64,000 bases of DNA from an uncultured candidatus Porisulfidus sp. (GTDB taxonomy: Bacteria; Pseudomonadota; Gammaproteobacteria; Poriferisulfidales; Poriferisulfidaceae): the NCBI GenBank assembly GCA_965204575.1, contig OZ241993.1:32001-96000 (forward strand). The letters are read 5' to 3'. Positions 29,830 to 37,907 of this stretch are shown here, piece by piece. Both the position numbers and the translations under genes were made by a program. The stretch's first letter is position 1, and each line of letters opens with the position of its first letter. The notes below the pieces were generated by a model, which saw only the letters and a program-made list of their open reading frames with translations, did no database searches and was not told the origin of the DNA.

Positions 29830-31575
29830 TCAGAGCCCAATCCCTGGGTTGTTTTCAACGTTCAGCAGGCGCGGCTGGTTGAGCGTCGCAAGATTGACTT
29901 CCTTTCGCGAGAGCAGCCAATTCTTCACTATATCCCAAACCGGCGGCCCCGGCGCCACCGAGCCGACCACTCCCCAGCCCGTCACCTTGTAGCGGCGCTT
30001 CGGATCCAGCGCTGCGCCGTCACGGGTGCGCAGGTCCCGGAGCCTTTCCCCGATCGGGGCCATCGGGTCCAGGCTGTATTCGACCCCAGCCACGCGCACC
30101 ATGTCCCCTCCCTGCTGCTGGTAGGGATCCAGGTTGAAGAGGTTGTCCGCCACATCCTCCAGAATCAGCTTGATCTGCTCCCCGCTCATCTCGTTCATGT
30201 ACGTTTCCGGGTACGTGATGGCCGTCTGGGCCAGGACGTGCTCCATGGTCAGGGTTTTACCCGGCAATACGCTCGTCCCCCAGCGGAAGCCCGGAGACAG
30301 GGCGATTTCGGCATCGTAGTGCTCCAGAAGCGCCTCGCAGATGACCTGGTCGAAAGTCCCGTTGAAATTGCCCCGGCGGTACAGGGTCTGCCCCGCCACA
30401 GCAAGCGGCTGGTTCAGGGTTTCCAGGTGCGGGAACCGCGCCTGATCGATCCAGTTCTGCATTTCAGGATCCGGCGGAAGCAGCGAGGAGAATACCGGGA
30501 GCAAACGATAGCGAGCTTCGGCCATGCGACCCTGCTTCACTTGAAAATCCATGACGCCCAGGAATTTGCCATTCGACCCCGCATTGGTCACCAGCGTCAT
30601 CCCTCCGGAATTCTTGACTTCGATCGCCGCCGGCACCCCGTCGTGGGTATGCCCGCCGAAAATCGCATCCAGCCCCGACACCCGGGAAGCAAGTTTGAGA
30701 TCCACGTCCATGCCGTTGTGCGACAACAGCAGGACAAGGCCCGGATTGTGGCGTGCGCGAATTTCTCCGACCAACGCCTGCAGGGCGGCCTCCTGGATAC
30801 CGTAACTCCAGTCGGGAACGAATCGCCTGGGATTCGCAACCGGCGTGTACGGGAACGCCTGCCCGATCACAGCCACCTGCACACCCCCGACATCGCGCAG
30901 GGTGTAGGGCTGGAAGGCATGCCCGGTCTCCTCGTCGAATGCCGGACGTTCATCGAACAGGGCCTCTTCCGTCAGGAAAACGTTCTGGGCAACGAATTCG
31001 GCTTCCGACTGCGCCAGATTGGCACGCAGCGCTTCCTCTCCGTACGTGAATTCCCAGTGTCCGGTCATCACATCCACGCCCAAGCGGTTGCACGCTTCCA
31101 CCATGTCCGCGCCCTTGCTCCACATGGCGGTCGCCGACCCCTGCCAAGTGTCGCCACCGTCCAGCAGCAAGGTATTCCCTGCGCCCGCAGCCTCCCTCAG
31201 GCGCGAAATCAAGGTCGATAGATGCGCAAAGCCTCCCACCTTGCCGTATTTTTCCGCCAAAGACGGAAAATCGAGATAGGTCAGCGCATGCGCTTCCGCA
31301 CTGCCTGCACTCAGGCCGAAGTGATCCAGGAAAGCTTGCCCGACCAAGTGGGGCGGTCTCCCCTGCGCCGGCCCGAACCCCAGATTGGTGGACGGCTCGC
31401 GAAAGTAGACCGGCAGCAACTGCGCGTGGCAGTCGGTGAAGTGCAGGATTCTGACGTTGCCGAAAGATGGGAGGTCGTACAGGGCATCCGCAGCCCGCGC
31501 ACCGCGGTACGGCAGGATCCCTGCCGCTGAAGCCGCCACCATCACCGACAGAAATTCGCGTCGGTTCAGGTGCAT
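29830..31575 (-). CDS. soxB: SoxB thiosulfohydrolase
   Basis: NRREFL Tat signal; HFTDCHAQL, LDGGDTWQGS, GHWEFTYG, SHNGMDVD, QQQGGDMVR. Confidence 0.97.
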   Translation of the reverse strand: MHLNRREFLSVMVAASAAGILPYRGARAADALYDLPSFGNVRILHFTDCHAQLLPVYFREPSTNLGFGPAQGRPPHLVGQAFLDHFGLSAGSAEAHALTYLDFPSLAEKYGKVGGFAHLSTLISRLREAAGAGNTLLLDGGDTWQGSATAMWSKGADMVEACNRLGVDVMTGHWEFTYGEEALRANLAQSEAEFVAQNVFLTEEALFDERPAFDEETGHAFQPYTLRDVGGVQVAVIGQAFPYTPVANPRRFVPDWSYGIQEAALQALVGEIRARHNPGLVLLLSHNGMDVDLKLASRVSGLDAIFGGHTHDGVPAAIEVKNSGGMTLVTNAGSNGKFLGVMDFQVKQGRMAEARYRLLPVFSSLLPPDPEMQNWIDQARFPHLETLNQPLAVAGQTLYRRGNFNGTFDQVICEALLEHYDAEIALSPGFRWGTSVLPGKTLTMEHVLAQTAITYPETYMNEMSGEQIKLILEDVADNLFNLDPYQQQGGDMVRVAGVEYSLDPMAPIGERLRDLRTRDGAALDPKRRYKVTGWGVVGSVAPGPPVWDIVKNWLLSRKEVNLATLNQPRLLNVENNPGIGL

Positions 31576-31582
31576 GGGAATT

Positions 31583-31894
31583 TTATTGCAGGAAAGGATC
31601 GAGTCCGACTTTGCCAGCCTGCGAAGTCATTTGCTCGTAGCCCCGGTGTCCCTGGTGCTCCGCTTTCTTCGCCAACTTGATGGCCCCTTCGAAATCGCCT
31701 TCCTCAGCCTTTTTCTTGGCCTCTTTCAGCATCTTTGCGGTATCGCGCCATTCGCCGCTGACCGAAGCCGCTTTCTGCTGCGCAGCGACCGCTGCCTCGT
31801 ATGCCTTGTCGAAGCCCGCCTGATCGGCCGCCAACGCAACCGTCGAACCCAGGCACAAGGCCAAGACCACAAGAACTGGCATTCTCGATTTCAT
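31583..31894 (-). CDS. soxK: SoxK (SoxAX-binding protein)
   Basis: Signal peptide, AASVSGEWRDT motif; located between soxA and soxB. Confidence 0.85.
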   Translation of the reverse strand: MKSRMPVLVVLALCLGSTVALAADQAGFDKAYEAAVAAQQKAASVSGEWRDTAKMLKEAKKKAEEGDFEGAIKLAKKAEHQGHRGYEQMTSQAGKVGLDPFLQ

Positions 31895-31901
31895 AATCGC
31901 C

Positions 31902-32759
31902 TCACTTTCGTGCTGCCGGCCCGTTCAGGGGCAAACCGTTGCTCATATGGGTATGGAAGTATTCCAGGTTCCGGTACTCCTCGCCCTGGGCCTCGAACGG
32001 CTTGGCGCGAACTTGCTTGTTGCAACCGGTGTAGCGGCGGTGCAGGGTGCCGGTCGCGCCCCACTTCGACCGGTAGACCGGCCAGCCGGTCGCCTGGCCC
32101 AGCGCCGGGCTTAGGGGCTCGGTCCGAAGCGTGCGCCCCGCCATGCTGAAATGGCAGTGCGCGCAAGCGAAATTCAATTGGCCGCGGCGCGTGAAATAGA
32201 ACTCGCGCCCCTTCTTGTACGCCTCCAGCGCACCGGGGTCGTCCTCGGGCACCACCACATCGATGATCTGGCCCCGCGATTCGTACGCCATGTAGGCCAG
32301 AAGATCCACGATCGGGCCTTTCTTGTACTCCAGCGGTTCTTCGCCATGGGCCTCGCGGCACTGGTTGATCGCAAGTGCCAAGGTGACAACCTGCCCTTGC
32401 TCCCTGTCCCACCGCGGGTAGTGGTGCTGAACGCCCGGCTCTCCGAAGCAGTCCGCATAAGACTTCCCGTTGGCGAACGGGGTGTTCCACATTTCTTCGC
32501 CATTGGCGACCGCGATTTCATAGGGTGGAAATTCTTCGATCAACAGCCAGTTCTCATACCAGGCCTTGTTCAAGGCGTATGTACCATTGGCGAAGTCTTC
32601 CCAAGCGATCTCGGGAAACTTTTCCGTGAAGAATTTCTGGATCGCCTCCAGATCCTTCTTTGGACTCACATCGGCATCCAGGCTTTCCGCGCCCGCATTG
32701 GCCACCAGCCCCACCAGCAGCAGGGAAGCCGACCAAGCCAGGACTTTTCTAGAGATCAT
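31902..32759 (-). CDS. soxA: SoxA cytochrome c (monoheme type)
   Basis: RRGQLNFACAHCH, WPVYRSKWG, HRRYTGCNKQVRA, GPAARK. Confidence 0.96.
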   Translation of the reverse strand: MISRKVLAWSASLLLVGLVANAGAESLDADVSPKKDLEAIQKFFTEKFPEIAWEDFANGTYALNKAWYENWLLIEEFPPYEIAVANGEEMWNTPFANGKSYADCFGEPGVQHHYPRWDREQGQVVTLALAINQCREAHGEEPLEYKKGPIVDLLAYMAYESRGQIIDVVVPEDDPGALEAYKKGREFYFTRRGQLNFACAHCHFSMAGRTLRTEPLSPALGQATGWPVYRSKWGATGTLHRRYTGCNKQVRAKPFEAQGEEYRNLEYFHTHMSNGLPLNGPAARK

Positions 32760-33064
32760 TTGACCTCGGCCTCCAGAGAATCAGAATTGCCCTGATTGTC
32801 CGTCCAGCTCAGGATCACGATGTCGCCCTTGGCGCCCTTGTATTTGAATGACAGATACGGATTCTTGGAGACACCGGTCCCCCAGTTCGCGGTAAAGACG
32901 ACCTTGTCGCCAACCGTCGCAGTGACTTCCTGGATAAAGTGCGCCGGAATGATGTTTCCGTCACCGTCCTTGCGCAGGCCCGTCTCCATCGGATGGGTAA
33001 TCAGGGCCTTTACGGTCACGACACCGCCTTTTTCCTTAGCCCGTACACGCATGCTTCCTGCCAT
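32756..33064 (-). CDS. soxZ: SoxZ
   Basis: HPMETGLRKD..IPAHFI..GVSKNPYLSF..WTDNQG. Confidence 0.97.
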   Translation of the reverse strand: MAGSMRVRAKEKGGVVTVKALITHPMETGLRKDGDGNIIPAHFIQEVTATVGDKVVFTANWGTGVSKNPYLSFKYKGAKGDIVILSWTDNQGNSDSLEAEVK

Positions 33065-33080
33065 GATTTTGCCTCCTCGT

Positions 33081-33518
33081 TCAGCCGCCGCAGCCGCCGA
33101 TGGTTACTTTGACTTCCCGCACGCCGGAATACGACTTGCCGCCCGCTTCGACCAGTGCCACGACGTTGGATGTCCTGAGCATCTTCACCCGGGTCGAGAC
33201 ATACGGAACCGAATCGGCGGTCAGATCGTACGTGGACGTCAACGGCAGAGGATTCTGCTCGACCACGATGCTGATCCGGGTCACACCTTCCAGCGTCGTG
33301 GAAACCGAAATCGGGACCACTGCGCCGTTTTCCGCAATGTCGGGGGCGGTAATGGTGATCGCGTCGCTGGGTGCCGGCTCGCTGCTTGCCAACATGTCGA
33401 TCAGTGCGCCGGACTCTTGGGCCTCGAACGCCTCTTTGGGCCAAGCGGCCTGCACGGAACCCGCCACGCATAGCGTCCCCAGGCCTAGACCCGCTGTCAG
33501 AAAAGTTCTTCGATCCAT
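33081..33518 (-). CDS. soxY: SoxY sulfur carrier
   Basis: MDRRTFL Tat signal from ATG 33518; C-terminal VKVTIGGCGG. Confidence 0.97.
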   Translation of the reverse strand: MDRRTFLTAGLGLGTLCVAGSVQAAWPKEAFEAQESGALIDMLASSEPAPSDAITITAPDIAENGAVVPISVSTTLEGVTRISIVVEQNPLPLTSTYDLTADSVPYVSTRVKMLRTSNVVALVEAGGKSYSGVREVKVTIGGCGG

Positions 33519-33537
33519 GGTTTTGTTCTGGGAATTA

Positions 33538-34788
33538 CTAACATAACTTGACAGACTCGCGTCTGCCATATTCTGCAATTATTTGACGCTTCCCAGGCCG
33601 ACTGTGGCGGGAGACCCCGCCGGTGTCGCCACCTCCACGTCCAGCCGCCCCATTCCCGAAGGCCAAAATGTTCAATGCGGCGTTCACATCCGCATCGTCC
33701 GCATGCCCGCAAGCGGTGCACTTGAAGTCTGTTCCATTTCTGTTTCTCTCATCGACGTGCCCGCATGAATGGCAGGTCTGGCTGGTGTACGCCGGAGGCA
33801 CATGGCGCACCTCCATCTTGTAGTCCAGGCAGAGCTCCAGCGTGCCCCATGCGCTGGCCAGTATCTTCCGGTTCAGAGCCGCCTTCGCCTTCACGTTCCT
33901 GCCGGGTTTCTGTTTCGTGCCCCTGGCCGATTTCGTCATGCCCTTGATGTTCAGCTTCTCGACATAGGCCACGTCGTATTCTGACGCAATTCCCTTGCTG
34001 ACGTGGTGCGCCCAGTTCAACCGGGCGAAGCGTTCCGCATGGAATGCCCTCTGCAATCGAACTTTGGTGATCTTCCTGCGATTGCTTCCCTTCGCCTGCC
34101 GCGCCATCTTGCGCTGGTAGCGCCTGCGCTTGGCCTCTTTCCACGCTAAGTCAGGCCCCGGGTGCTTCGTGCCATCCGACAATACCGCCCACCCGTCCGC
34201 GTTCACGTTGCGGTCGATGCCCACTTCCTTGATCGTGTGAGGAAGACTGGCTTCCGTCTGGACTTCATAGGTCAGGTAGGCGTACCAGTTGCCACATTCG
34301 TACTTGATCTGGCCGGACTTGAACTCGCCGTCCAAGTAAGGGTTGTTGCCGACTATCTTCATCCAGCCGACCTTCTGCACATACAGGCTTTCTCCTGCTA
34401 CCTTGGAACAATAGCGGTCTAATGGAAACGAAGGCTCGGCCGTCCACTTGCCGTGGAACTGGGGAAGTTTCCGGTTCAATTTTCCTCCTGTCTTGCAGTC
34501 CTTGAAATATTCACGGTAAGCCGTCTCGATGGGTTGCAGGGAACTCTTCACCACATACGCCGAATAATCCTGCAACCACTTGTAACTGTGCCTTCTCAAA
34601 ACGGTGAATACCTTGCCCAACGAGAAATAAGTCCATTCCGGCTTGATTCCGAATTCGTATTCGTCCCTGAGCTTCCCGACCATGTGGTTCCAGACGAAGC
34701 GGCAGGCCCCGGCGGTGCCGTGCAGTTGCCGGTTCTTTCTTGCAGAACCCGGATGCAGGCGGTAGCGGACGGTGCGATGGACTTTCAT
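33538..34788 (-). CDS. tnpB: TnpB RNA-guided endonuclease
   Basis: N-terminal YRLHP..GACRFVWN, RuvC-I VGIDRN, RuvC-II YVEKLNI, YTSQTCHSCG..CTACG zinc finger, RuvC-III DADVNAALNI. Confidence 0.96.
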   Translation of the reverse strand: MKVHRTVRYRLHPGSARKNRQLHGTAGACRFVWNHMVGKLRDEYEFGIKPEWTYFSLGKVFTVLRRHSYKWLQDYSAYVVKSSLQPIETAYREYFKDCKTGGKLNRKLPQFHGKWTAEPSFPLDRYCSKVAGESLYVQKVGWMKIVGNNPYLDGEFKSGQIKYECGNWYAYLTYEVQTEASLPHTIKEVGIDRNVNADGWAVLSDGTKHPGPDLAWKEAKRRRYQRKMARQAKGSNRRKITKVRLQRAFHAERFARLNWAHHVSKGIASEYDVAYVEKLNIKGMTKSARGTKQKPGRNVKAKAALNRKILASAWGTLELCLDYKMEVRHVPPAYTSQTCHSCGHVDERNRNGTDFKCTACGHADDADVNAALNILAFGNGAAGRGGGDTGGVSRHSRPGKRQIIAEYGRRESVKLC

Positions 34789-34794
34789 GGGAAG

Positions 34795-34823
34795 ATTCTG
34801 ATGCCGGGTTTAGAGTCTGTCAA
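34795..34823 (-). promoter_or_regulatory. Sigma70-like promoter for tnpB with -35 inside the TIR
   Basis: Minus strand TTGACA-N17-CAGAAT-N6-ATG. Confidence 0.65.
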
Positions 34824-34856
34824 GTTATGTTAGTAATCCCCTTTATTCTCTCCCGG

Positions 34857-35204
34857 CTACAGAGTGTGTATGAATTCGACAATCTTGTCGATTTCCTCTT
34901 CCGTCAGAATCTGGTGCTTGCCGAACGGCGGCATCATGGCGTGCGGCCGGAACTGGGTCTGATCCCAGACATTCTGCCGCAAGACTTCCTTGTCGGGGAA
35001 ACGTGCCTGCATCGCGACCAGCGGCACGGAAATGGTGCCCGGAACTTCGCCCCCCGCGATCGAATGGCAGGAGAGGCAGTTCCCCTTCTTACTGTCGAAG
35101 GCGATTTGCCGCCCTTCTTCGATCATTGCGTCGTCCGCCTGCGCCAATGGCGCGAAGCCTACGCATGCGACGACGAGCAGCAGCGACAAGCTAGAGAATT
35201 TCAC
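34857..35204 (-). CDS. soxX: SoxX cytochrome c
   Basis: KKGNCLSCH, MMPPFGKHQILTEEEID; signal peptide from GTG 35204. Confidence 0.95.
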   Translation of the reverse strand: MKFSSLSLLLVVACVGFAPLAQADDAMIEEGRQIAFDSKKGNCLSCHSIAGGEVPGTISVPLVAMQARFPDKEVLRQNVWDQTQFRPHAMMPPFGKHQILTEEEIDKIVEFIHTL

Positions 35205-35338
35205 GTTTAACGCCTTGAAAATTCGCAACGGCGAAACATTATACCTAAAGAAAATAGGGGTTTTTTGACAGAAATTTGACGGGAAACACCTTAAAATATT
35301 GGAGAAACTCATCGCGGCTGGTAGACTGTTTTGCGGAT

Positions 35339-35413
35339 GGGCGATTAGCTCAGGGGGAGAGCGCTGCCTTCACACGGCAGAGGTCGCTGGTTCAATCCCA
35401 GCATCGCCCACCA
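35339..35413 (+). tRNA. tRNA-Val (CAC)
   Basis: Acceptor stem GGGCGAT/ATCGCCC, anticodon arm CTGCC-TTCACAC-GGCAG, GGTTCAATCC, encoded CCA. Confidence 0.96.
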
Positions 35414-35481
35414 CTCCCGACCGCACCTCGCTCCGGCGACTTAAAACATGTCGCCGCCTGCTAGAATTTCTAATGTGTTCC

Positions 35482-35557
35482 GCCCCCATCGGTTAAGCGG
35501 ATAAACCACGGGATTCCTAATCCCGGACTGGTGGTTCGAATCCACCTGGGGGCGCCA
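35482..35557 (+). tRNA. tRNA-Arg (CCT)
   Basis: Acceptor stem GCCCCCA/TGGGGGC, anticodon arm CGGGA-TTCCTAA-TCCCG, GGTTCGAATCC, encoded CCA. Confidence 0.93.
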
Positions 35558-35562
35558 CCCCC

Positions 35563-37215
35563 TCAGATCGGACAGACGATCTCGCCGAGGTGCTTGCTCA
35601 GGCGCATGTTCTCGTTATAGTCGATCGGCACCACGATCAGGGACGGCCCTTCTTCCTCGAACGCCGCCTCCAGCGTCGCCTCGAGATCCCGGCTGGCCGT
35701 GACCACGTGCCCGTACCAGCCGAACGCCCGGGCCAGGTTCAGCCAATCCGGATTCGTGAACTCCAGTTCCGTGTGACGGTCGAATTGCTGCTCCTGCTTC
35801 CAGGAAATCAACCCATAGCCGCCATCCTCCCACACCATCACGACAATGGGCACGCCCAAGCGGCGGGCGGTCTCCATCTCCTGCACGTTCATCAGGAACC
35901 CGCCGTCGCCACAGATCGCCAGGATTCTGCGGGTCGGATGCACGAGACTCGCCGAAATTGCTCCGGGCAACGCAAACCCCATCGAGCAAAATCCGTTAGG
36001 AATCAAGCAGGTATTGGGTTCATGGCAGTGATAGTGGCGGGCGATCCACATCTTGTGCGCGCCAACGTCGGACAGCAGGATATCCGACGGGCCCATGACC
36101 TTGCGCACGTCCCAGAGCACTTTCTGGGGGCGTAATTTTCCTTCCGCATCGTCATCCTTGTAGGTGGCGAATTCGCCCAGCATCTCTTCCCGGACCCTTT
36201 TCTCCCGGGACAAGTCCCAATCCATCTGCCCGTTCGTCCGCGCCCGCTCGTTGAGCATGGCCAGAGTCTGGGCTAGATCGCCGACCAGTTCCACCTCGGG
36301 ATGGTAGTGGAAGTCGATCTCGGCTGGTTGGAAATCTGCATGGATGATGGTTTTGAGACCCTCCGGATTCCACAGATGCGGGTGATACTCGACCATGTCG
36401 TATCCGAGCGCCAGCACCACATCCGCCGCATCGATCGCGCAAGCCACCAGGTCCTTGGCCCCCAGGCCAATCGTGAACAGGCAGTAGTCCTCGTCCATGT
36501 CCACACAACCCTTCGCCATGAACGTGCTGATCACGCCGATGTTGTTCTGCTCGCAGAACATGCGCAACTGCTGGCTGGCCCGGGTGCGGATGCAGCCATT
36601 TCCGGCAAGAATCACCGGACGCCGCGCCCGGCACAGCATTTCGAAGGCCCGGTCGACTTGCTCCTCGGCTGGAATCGGTCGACGGAAGCGGACCGGGGAG
36701 ATCGGCTCCACGTCAGTGTCGTGTTTCGCAATGTCCTCCGGCAACTCAAGGTGGACGGCGCCAGGCTTTTCACTGCGCGCGATGCGAATCGCCTTGCGCA
36801 CGATTTCCGGAAGACTATTCGGCTGGATAATGCTGGTCGACCATTTCGTCACCGCCTGGAACATGCTCACGGCATCCATGATCTGGTGGGATTCCTTGTG
36901 CTGGCGGGCGGTGGAGCCCTGGCCAGTCAATACCAGCATCGGCGACCGGTCCATGTTGGCGTTCGCCACGCCCGTCACCAGGTTGGTGGCGCCCGGACCC
37001 AAGGTGCCCAGGCAGCCTGCCGGCTGCCCGGTCAATCGGCCGTACACATCGGCCATGAATGCCGCCCCCTGTTCGTGCCGGGTCAGGATGAATTCAATCT
37101 TGTCCGACTTCGACAGGGACATGACGAAGTCCGCATTCTCTTCTCCGGGAACGCCGAATACGTACTCGATGCCCTCGGCCTCAAGGCAACGGACAAACAG
37201 GTCAGACGCTTTCAT
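35563..37215 (-). CDS. Acetolactate synthase large subunit-like TPP enzyme
   Basis: FGVPGEEN, RHEQGAAFMA, GPGATN, GDGGFLMN; start ATG 37215. Confidence 0.9.
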   Translation of the reverse strand: MKASDLFVRCLEAEGIEYVFGVPGEENADFVMSLSKSDKIEFILTRHEQGAAFMADVYGRLTGQPAGCLGTLGPGATNLVTGVANANMDRSPMLVLTGQGSTARQHKESHQIMDAVSMFQAVTKWSTSIIQPNSLPEIVRKAIRIARSEKPGAVHLELPEDIAKHDTDVEPISPVRFRRPIPAEEQVDRAFEMLCRARRPVILAGNGCIRTRASQQLRMFCEQNNIGVISTFMAKGCVDMDEDYCLFTIGLGAKDLVACAIDAADVVLALGYDMVEYHPHLWNPEGLKTIIHADFQPAEIDFHYHPEVELVGDLAQTLAMLNERARTNGQMDWDLSREKRVREEMLGEFATYKDDDAEGKLRPQKVLWDVRKVMGPSDILLSDVGAHKMWIARHYHCHEPNTCLIPNGFCSMGFALPGAISASLVHPTRRILAICGDGGFLMNVQEMETARRLGVPIVVMVWEDGGYGLISWKQEQQFDRHTELEFTNPDWLNLARAFGWYGHVVTASRDLEATLEAAFEEEGPSLIVVPIDYNENMRLSKHLGEIVCPI

Positions 37216-37244
37216 TACGAAGGGTTTGCCCGCCCATTTTAGAC

Positions 37245-37907
37245 TTAATGCTTGCGTGCCAAAGTCAGGCCGTCTCCGATCGGCACCAGGCTGGCCATGA
37301 CCCGGGAATCTTTCGCCAGCGCCCGGTTGAATTCCCGGATGGCAACCGTGTCGGATTCCTGTTCGGCAGGATCCGCCACCCGGCCGGACCACAAGGTGTT
37401 GTCCACCGCGATCACCCCGCCAGGCCGAATCAAATCCAGCAGGTGTTCGTAGTAAGCCTGATAATTCCCCTTGTCGGCATCGATGAAGGCGAAATCGAAG
37501 CGTCCGGCCTCTCCGGCCTCGCGCATCTCCGCCAAGGTTTCAAGCGCCGGGGCCAGCCGCAGGTCGATGCGCTCCGCCACTTTGGCCTGCTCCCAGAACT
37601 CCCGCCCGATCGCGGTCCATTCCTCGCTGATGTCGCAGCATACGACTCGCCCGCGAGCCCCGACCGCCTGCGCCATGCACAAAGCGCTGTAACCGGTATA
37701 GGTGCCGACCTCGATGACCTGCTGCGCATTCATCAGTTTGAGCAGCAGCTTGAAGAATTGCCCTTGTTCAGGGCTGATCTGCATGTAGTGCTCTTCCAGC
37801 GTGGCCGTCCGGGCACGCAGGGCGCAAGCCACCGGATCCTCGTCGACCGACACATCCAGCAGGTACTGATGCAGCGTGTCGTCCAGGCCGAGGGTTCGCG
37901 TGCTCAT
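37245..37907 (-). CDS. Class I SAM-dependent O-methyltransferase (caffeoyl-CoA OMT-like)
   Basis: MQISPEQG, IEVGTYTGYS, FDFAFIDADK, VDNTLWSG, PIGDGLT. Confidence 0.93.
   Translation of the reverse strand: MSTRTLGLDDTLHQYLLDVSVDEDPVACALRARTATLEEHYMQISPEQGQFFKLLLKLMNAQQVIEVGTYTGYSALCMAQAVGARGRVVCCDISEEWTAIGREFWEQAKVAERIDLRLAPALETLAEMREAGEAGRFDFAFIDADKGNYQAYYEHLLDLIRPGGVIAVDNTLWSGRVADPAEQESDTVAIREFNRALAKDSRVMASLVPIGDGLTLARKH

Larger units (their letters stand above)
33530..34841 (-). mobile_element. TIR-bounded, transposase-less tnpB element
   Basis: 29-bp inverted repeats GGGAATTACTAACATAACTTGACAGACTC (33530-33558) and the reverse complement of 34813-34841 (GGGGATTAC..., one mismatch); flanking direct repeat TTTGTTCT (33522-33529) / TTTATTCT (34842-34849). 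Confidence 0.9.

Noticed and set aside
33519-33578. Extended soxY N-terminus given in the ORF track
   Set aside because: The extension lies in the tnpB element and its TIR; the Tat signal begins at ATG 33518.
33538-34788. TnpB as a Cas12f-like CRISPR effector or a catalytically dead TldR
   Set aside because: No repeat-spacer array or cas genes nearby, and the RuvC D-E-D residues are all present.
35339-35557. tRNA-anchored genomic island
   Set aside because: No integrase adjacent and no duplicated tRNA 3' end noticed; a metabolic gene ends a few bases after tRNA-Arg.
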